Shown here: positions 46,160 through 53,402 of the stretch, one piece after another
Layout of the letters: the number at the start of each line of letters is the position of its first letter
How positions within the stretch are numbered: position 1 is the stretch's first letter
Origin: Ministeria vibrans ATCC 50519
Taxonomy: Eukaryota > Protista > Filasterea
Assembly (NCBI GenBank): GCA_943704425.1
Contig: CALSCP010002390.1
Coordinates: 1 to 53,402 of the forward strand
Direction of reading: 5' to 3'
Length of the DNA: 53,402 nucleotides
Notes under the pieces: model-generated
Told to the model about the DNA's origin: nothing
The model's database searches: none
The model's input: only the letters and a program-made list of their open reading frames with translations
Made by a program: the position numbers and the translations under genes

Positions 46160-46838
46160 GTAATTAATGAAGAATCCGTAAATCTGTATTATTAATAATG
46201 GGCTGTGTTGTGTTCTTCTTCTAATAATTATTAATTATTAATTGAGTTTGGGGGTTAGAGTATGATGCGGTTCAGTCATTTGAGCTTTGACGTGAGTCTT
46301 TGTGGCTTTGGGCGGCTGCTGAGCACAATGTGTTTGTTTGATTGTTCTTGTGTTTGTTATTGTAGTGTTTTGTGTCACTTTTGTGTGTGAATGTTTTGTT
46401 TTGTTATTGTTCGTGATTGTTTGTTTTTGATATGTGTGTTGTCTTGGAATTTGTTCTTTGGTGTTGCTTGTAATATCCTCTTGTGTGTGTTTTTGTTTGA
46501 TGTGTGTGTGTTGAGGATCGCGATGTATTCCGAGTGGGCCCCATAAGCTGCTTGAGTATGTGTTAAACGTCTGAAAACAATCGTAAAGTTCATGTTTTGG
46601 GTTAGAGTATATACTTTATATTTTGCACTTTGTACTCCGTAGTCGCTAGTCTCGAGTCCGTACCGACGGCTGAGTGGGAAGTGCTAAGTACACTTTTGTT
46701 ATCAAACGAACAAATTATAAAACGTCAAAATTCAAATAAATTTACTCTCCACCACAACCGACAAGGAACAGTAACGCAATCCTACTGCCCCCCCCACACA
46801 CACACCCTAGTCCCTACTGATCCTTGCGCCGTCTAGAA

Positions 46839-48956
46839 ATGGAAGTGTGTCGACGATTGAGCGTTCAAAACAGCGCAGGATTTGCTCCTCTGCTCAGCGA
46901 GGAGCACACGGTCGAGTCCATCGTCGCCTCTGCTAAAGAGTAAGTGTATGTTGTGGTCTTTGTCATGTGTGCGGTGTGTCTTCAACACTAATTCGTCATT
47001 TTTCGTCGACACAAATTCAAAAAAAAAATTCAAAAAAACCGCTCATTGTCAAAATGGCACACTCGCTTTCATTTCCTATGCTGCCGTGTCCAACTGGGCA
47101 TGCATTGATATTCCTGTCGATGTACATCCAAGCGGAATCGCGCGGCGTGTCCTCAACCTCTCCATTTACGTTCCGTTCGTGTTCGCGACAGAGCCCTTGA
47201 AAGTGCGCAGTCGTACAAATCGTATGTGGAGCAGGCGTTGGAGGCACTGACGCCCGAGAACATGGACGGCGAGGTGCAGCTCTTCTCCACCAAGGTAGGC
47301 GGTGCAGCAAGGCTCTGTGCAGTGTCATCGCCTGAGCGTTTGTTTGCGCCATAGGAACATTTTGCTAAGCTCAAGTTCAACTTCACCGAAATGGAGACCA
47401 AGCAGGGGTTTATGCAGCATCTTGCAAACGACAAGGAGAATGGCCGGGTGGCCGGCATGCCCGAGGTGAAGCAGCTCGAGGAAGTGACGCAGCGCGAAAA
47501 GATGCAACTCAAAGCAATCAAGAACAAAAACGAAACACTGCGTCAACAGATTGTGTTGTTGGCCAATTCGGTCGCGCAAGGTACAAACAAAATAGAAACA
47601 ATTATATTGGAGTAAAAAGGCTCTTATTTTAATTGTTGTGCGTGCGTGCGTGCGTGTGGATAGATCAAGAGGCGATTGCACAGGCACGTCAGATGCTCGA
47701 AGAAAAGCTGGCGCAGATGGAACAGGACCAGCGCGAAATCGAAACGCTCTCGGACGCACAGCAGTCCGCACCCGAGAAACTGTTTGTCGCCGACACGGAA
47801 ATCACTCTTAGCAATGCGCAAGCTGTACGTTTGACAAACGATTATATTAATATAATTATTATTGATGTTTTTTTTTCTCTTTTTTTGTTTTCGTGTGTTT
47901 CTTTAAAACAGGTTTTGGATGAACAACTCAATGAAATCGCACAGCTGAAACAACGCCAGAGCGAACTGCACTTGCATAAGTCTACACACGAGTCAACGCT
48001 CTCTTCACTTGCAGATCACAGTGAGACGGTGCGCTCTCAGCTCGAAACCGCTCAGAGACAGCTCAATCAACTTTTGGGTGATCCTTCAAACGGTATTTAT
48101 AATATAATTATATATAATAGTTGTCTCAATCAATCAATCACACTGTTGTTTTGGATAGTGAGCGAGGGACGTGTTGAGAAGGAACGCAAAGCACACGAAT
48201 GGGCCACTGAAATGGAACGGGCAATGGAATCACTGAGTGGCATCAAAATTATTGCGACAACGGATGAGACAAGCGCAACCGCTGAGAGTGCATCGTCTTT
48301 TGTCGTTGAGTTTGGGGCGGCTGAGGGTGCTTTGCAATTGCTCTTTACTGATACGCAACTGACTGATGCAAAGGTTGGAAAAGTCGATTAGTTCTCCTGC
48401 GTCTTTCTGAATTTTCGAATCGTTTTTTTTTTCAGTTGCTCAGTCCCCCTCTGAATGTTTCTGACATTTTCCAATATGCTCTGCGCACCCAAAATGTCCC
48501 CTTTCTGTTGCGTGAAACAAAACAGCGCATCTCAAATTATCAGTCGCTTAAACGCGAAATTGATCAGCTCAGTGAGAGTTTTGCCATTGTGACGAATCTA
48601 CTGAGAAACGAAGTTACAGTGACATTTGGCGGAAAAGACAGGTAACAGAGTGAGAGCGACGAGATGAGCCGTAACTGACCCGGTTTGCTATGCACAGTGG
48701 AATTGAGTGTGTGTTGAAAGTGGGAATGGACTATCCTCTGGCGCACAGTGGTGTCACCCTTCAGTCGGTCGATGATCGGTTTGGAGTGACGCGCGAGCAC
48801 ATTACCGTACGAGAGAAGGGAGAGAGTGAGAGAGAGAAAGAGATGGTTGTCATTAACGGCCGTGGTGTGTAGGAGATGGCTGGTGCACCACGGACCGTTG
48901 AGGAGTGGGTGACTGCGCTGCATGCGAGCTACATTGAAGCTGCGTCCTGTCAATAA
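46839..48956 (+). CDS. Zwint-1/Sos7/Kre28-like kinetochore protein (coiled coil plus tandem RWD); the 5' end may extend upstream
   Basis: EHFAKLKFNFTEMETKQGFMQHL resembles the Sos7 motif (ELFSKLRFSYLEQVTKEKF); long coiled coil; SLSGIKII; C-terminal VLKVGMDYPLAHSGVTL (RWD YP loop). Confidence 0.7.
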
Positions 48957-49874
48957 ACGTAATAATGGGAAAGGAAGATTTTTTTAGATTTGCGAAATGC
49001 GTGGCTTATTCAACTTTTTAAAAGGATTTTGAATTTGTTGAACAAAGTATAGCCTATTAATTATTGCTAGGACTTCGGAGTTGCATAGAGTACGTTATTT
49101 GTTATAATAAATTGAAATTGCAAGATGCCTCATATTCAAGAGTCATAATTAGTATTAAGATAACTCAAAAGACTAAAGACATCAAATCATCAATCATTAC
49201 AGTTTTGTTACGACATCTTTCGTACGTAACCCGCCCTTTGAATTACTTGTCATCTTTGAGCATTCCATGCTCTGTCACCTGACTTTGGTTCTTCTGACTT
49301 TTGCGGTCACAGGTACAAAAAAACACGACAGGTCACTTATCAGACCTCAATACTCTCCCTACTCGCTTCTTGATCCGCCTGCCTCTCTGCTGTGGTTGAT
49401 CTTCGACATTCTCCACGGCAATATCGCCCATCCGATCACTACACGCGCGGCTACGTTCAAATCCCCAAAAAAAAAAAAAAAGTGCTGTTGGTGTCGCGTC
49501 TCCACTGCTCGCCATTGCGCGCCTCTGTCGTCACCCACTGCCCTCGGAAATCACCCCTTGTCTTAGTTCCACCGATGCAGCCCGCTCTGGTCCCTGTCGC
49601 TGCCCTTCCCGTCCCTTCCGAAGCAAAAGTAGCAGTCGTGGTGGCATCGCTTATCATTCGCCCACACACAACACACACACACACTATCCCTCTCCCTCTC
49701 GCCCCCCACCCGTGCCCACACACACCCAACACCATTCTTCTCCATGCCCATTTCGCCATGACGGGCTCTGTCGTCACACAATCAGACGTCTCATTCTTTT
49801 CTTTTTTTTTTTTTTTTTAAAAAAATCATTCCTATTCAACGTCTTTTTTTTTTTGGTTTGTTTGTTGAATATAG

Positions 49875-52800
49875 CAAATGCAATTGGACCGGGTGACCTG
49901 ATGATTGTGGGCGGTGATCTGCGCCAAAACGTGATTGCGCTGGTGACAACAACGGTGATTCCGTCGGGCACAACCATCTCCATCACGACCAAAGGATGGG
50001 ACTCCACAACCAACTCCTTTCTGGCCAACTCCGGCACGACTGCCTCCGGCCAACTGCCGGAGGGCGGCAACACCCCTCCTTGGTACATCGTCACGTCGGT
50101 GGACACTTCACAAATGACCTTCAACGCCGACCAGGACCAGATTCTTGTCTTCATTGGTTCCGAGCAGGCGCCTTCCTTCATCTGCGGCTGTGCCTACGGC
50201 AGCAGCTGGACCAACGCCGTCGATGCAATGACGTCCGCACTACCCTCGGGGCTTGAGGAAGGCACGACCGCCCTGGATTTTTCTCAGAACCTCCAGGGAT
50301 TCGCCTACGACGGCGTCACGTCGACCAACCGTGCACAAATGCTGTCGCGTCTCTCAAACTCGGCCCAGTACAGTACATTCGCGTCGACAGCGGGTGGCGT
50401 CGACATTGCCTCTTTGCTCTCTGCCAAGTTTCCCTTCTTTAACCCCGACGACTTTTTCACGGTGCCTGTGCCGCTGCCCACAGGCGCCCCACTTCCCGGC
50501 CTGTTGCCCGCCGGCGACTTTGCACCGGTCGCCATCGTCACGGGCACCAACTCCATGGTGACCATCTTCTGTCTCAGTGAATGGCCCTCCACCGAGAGTG
50601 TCTTTTTTACTACACGTGGTTGGTCGAGTCTGGGCGACCAGCAGGGTGAATTTCGCGCTGGTGGACCCTTCGTCACCGTATCGCCCTCGACGAACATTGC
50701 CGCCGGCAGCGTCGTCTCTGTCGACCTTGCCGCACTCGGTGTCATTGTCCCTTCGACTGGTGGTCAGCTCTTTATGGGTCAGGGCGAGGCGAGCTACCCC
50801 AAGTTTCTCTTTGGTCTCAAAATGACCAATACAGGGGCGTGGGATGGTGCGTCGACGAGCGCCACGACGTCCGCCGAGCCCGATCAGGTGGCGTCGACCA
50901 GCACGGGTCTGGTCATTGGGACGGGTCTGTATGCGTCGTACGCGGGCATCACAGACCTTGCCAATCCCATTCCCGCCATCTTCTTTCCGTCCAACTGGGC
51001 CGTTGGGAACACTCCCTTTAGCGACATTGGCTCGCCTCCCTTCGAAGTCATCGACGGTCTCTTTACGCCAATAGCGACCTTCACCGTCTTGGGCACGACA
51101 CAGGGGCCGCCATCGCCCACCACTAATCTGTTCCCGGTCGAGGTGCAGCCAGTGTTGCAGCCGGGCGACCTTGCCGTTGTGGGCCTGAGCTCAAGTGGCT
51201 CGCCCATCGTTGCCATCTTCACGACGGTGTACATCCCCTGCGGCACTCGCATTGGCATCACTAACCGTGGTTGGCTTGCCGACCAATCGGGCTTTGAGCT
51301 CAACAACTTTGCCGAATGGGAGTCGCCCTTTATCTTTCGCGAGGCGGTCGAGGCGCACACGCTCTTTAACGTGTCGCTTGTCGAGCTCGAGCTCACCATG
51401 CAGCAGATGGGCGACCAACTGTTCCTTTTCCAGTCGTCGCTCGACGCCCCGTCATTCATCTACGCCTTTGGTTGGGGCACCGGCACCGCCTGGTCGGGCG
51501 CCGTCGACGCGTCCACATCGGCCTTGCCCACTCAGCTGGCCTCGACCAACGCGTACGTGTGGGTCAGTAGCGACTTGCCTATCTATGCTTATGTGGGTTC
51601 GTACTTTCCGAGCGAGGAGCGCACTCCGTTGCTCAACGACATTGCAATGCCCTCCAACTTTTTTGGCATTGCCTCGACCACCTTTGACATTTACACCAGT
51701 ATCAGCATGGCACTGTCGAGTCCTCCCATCAACCCACCGCCGGCGCATACTCCCTACGAGTGTCCGCCCATCACGTCCGCACAGGTTCCCACCACACAGG
51801 CGCCTGAGACCACCCATGCACCCGAGACGACCGTCCTTGTCGCGCCCAGCTCGCAATACCCCGTCATTTCCGCGGCACCAGCACCGGCCACTGACGGCGA
51901 AGTTCGTCTCATTGGCGGCACATCACCCATGAACGGTCGTCTCGAAGTGTCGTACAACGGTACGTGGGGATCCGTTTGCGACGACGGCTTCAGTTCCGTC
52001 TCGGCAAGTGTGGTCTGTCGCCAGCTCGGCTTTGGCTACGACGGTGCGGTTGTGCTGGGTCACGACAGTTCCGCCCAGACTGTGCCCGACATGGTGTGGT
52101 CGCCGCTTCAGGCCGGCAACATTTGGCTGGACCAGGTGTCGTGTGCGCCCGAGGTGCTCACCATCGACGAATGCTTCCACAATCCCTACGGCGTCACCGA
52201 CTGCAGCCACGCCGAAGACGTGGGTCTCGAGTGCCCGCCTCTTCCGCCGCGCACCATCAACTCGGCCGAGACCACACAAATTCCCTTTACCACCTGGGTC
52301 GCCACGACCCAGCTGCCCGAGACCACCCAGCTGCCCGAAACGACCGTTCTCGGCACCACCATCATTCCAGGTCCCGCACTGCCCACTGGCATTGTGGTCA
52401 ACCTCAACTGGTGCCTCTTTATCATCTGCAACCCCAGCGGCAACAACCTTGTGACGACCATTCAGCCGGGCGACACGGTCACCTGGACGGTGAGCGATGC
52501 CTTCACGCACACCGTCACGTCGACGTCGATGCCGTCGCTGTTTGCAAGTGGTGACCTCACAAATAGTATGTCCTACTCGCACACCTTCTACGACGTGGGC
52601 GTCTACCCCTACAACTGTTTCTACCACACGACGCTCATGCAGGGCGTCATCATTGTTGCAGTCGAGACAACACAACTGGGTGTCGCGGAGACCACACAGT
52701 TGTTTGTCCCTGAGACAACCCAGCTTGCCGTTGCTGCTCCCGTCACCACGGTGGTGGTGCCCGCTTTCGTCGCTCAAACTACGCAGGCCGATCCCATTTC

Positions 52801-53402
52801 CGCGGCACAGACCACAGCTGCGCCTGTAGTGGTGGGTGCCGAGACAACACAAGTTGTGGTGGCCGTGCAAACTTCCGCTGCCCCCGCCGTGGCAGTCGAG
52901 ACTACTGTGGAAGCCGCGATTGTCACTTCTGCTGTCGTTGTTTCTCATGCAACTACTGTTGTTCCTGCTGTTGTGCCTGCTGTCACCAGTGCTGCTCCTG
53001 CTGTAGCAGTGCAGACCTCTGCTGCAGTGAATGCGGTAGTAGCCACAACTGTGGTGGCTCCTGTCGTTCAGGAGACAACACAGGCAGCTGTGGTTGTGGC
53101 TGAGACAACCCAGGCAGCTGTGGTTGTCGCTGAGACGACTCAAGCAGCTGTGGCTGTCGCTGAGACGTCTCAAGCAGCTGTGGCTGTCGCTGAGACGTCT
53201 CAAGCAGCTGTGGTTGGCGCTGAGACGACTCAGGCAGCTGTTGTTGTCGCTGAGACGACTCAGGCAGCTGTGGTTGTCGCTGAGACGACTCAGGCAGCTG
53301 TTGTTGTGGCGGAGACGACTCAGGCAGCTGTTGTTGTGGCGGAGACCACGCAAGCAGCTGTCGCAGCTGCTGAGACCACGCAGGCAGCTGTCGCAGCTGC
53401 GG
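49875..53402 (+). CDS. Large mosaic extracellular protein (partial): 3 tandem bacterial-type beta domains, SRCR, cupredoxin, Thr/Ala/Val repeats. First exon unresolved; runs off the window.
   Basis: Open frame from the acceptor at 49874 to the window end (missed by the ORF track because it has no stop). xPGD..I/V...TxxGW three times; VRLIGGTSPMNGRLEVSYNGTWGSVCDDGF...VVCRQLG...IWLDQVSC...CSHAEDVGLEC; IQPGDTVTW..HTVT...YPYNCFYHTTLMQGVIIV. Confidence 0.88.
53071..53402 (+). repeat. 30-bp coding tandem repeat (ETTQAAVVVA), at least 11 copies
   Basis: gagacgactcaggcagctgtggttgtcgct period seen directly. Confidence 0.95.

Noticed and set aside
46260-46325. ATGATG…CTGA as a C/D snoRNA
   Set aside because: Imperfect C box and no terminal stem. 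It contains a GTGAGT donor, so it may be an upstream exon of the Zwint-like gene.
49267-49820. ORFs upstream of the mosaic surface protein as independent genes
   Set aside because: Low-complexity, intron-like sequence. It probably holds the unresolved first exon(s) of the downstream gene.

Overview
Compact, intron-rich eukaryotic nuclear DNA. It has GT-AG introns, CTRAC/TACTAAC branch points, microsatellite-rich introns and three N gaps. The gene content suggests a unicellular amorphean/obazoan protist (inference). About 19 protein-coding loci: Bax inhibitor-1 and a Lifeguard paralog tail-to-tail, GH38 alpha-mannosidase, a bHLH-ZIP factor, a secreted clan GH-D-like glycosidase, an apparently intact Mutator (MULE) transposase, an intronless Ro60/TROVE, a coiled-coil orphan, a membrane-anchored UPF0489 protein, an EGF-GAIN adhesion GPCR, rabenosyn-5/Pep7, a half FKBP12 abutting a half GH2 beta-mannosidase (probable misjoin), an OTUD3-like deubiquitinase, a head-to-head integrin alpha/beta pair, an O-fucosyltransferase-like protein, a Zwint-1/Sos7-like kinetochore protein, and a large mosaic surface protein that runs off the window and is missing from the ORF track. 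The strongest candidate for a novel system is the divergent integrin pair. Both legs are greatly lengthened (about 7 Ig-like domains in alpha, about 12 I-EGF in beta), the inner clasp and talin/kindlin-type motifs are intact, and a non-vWA domain is inserted on the ligand-facing side of the alpha propeller. Other notable items are a 90-bp bacterial acr3-like fragment between two convergent genes and an SRCR plus blue-copper mucin-like protein. All calls come from reading and translating by eye with no database search, so exon boundaries are manual estimates.
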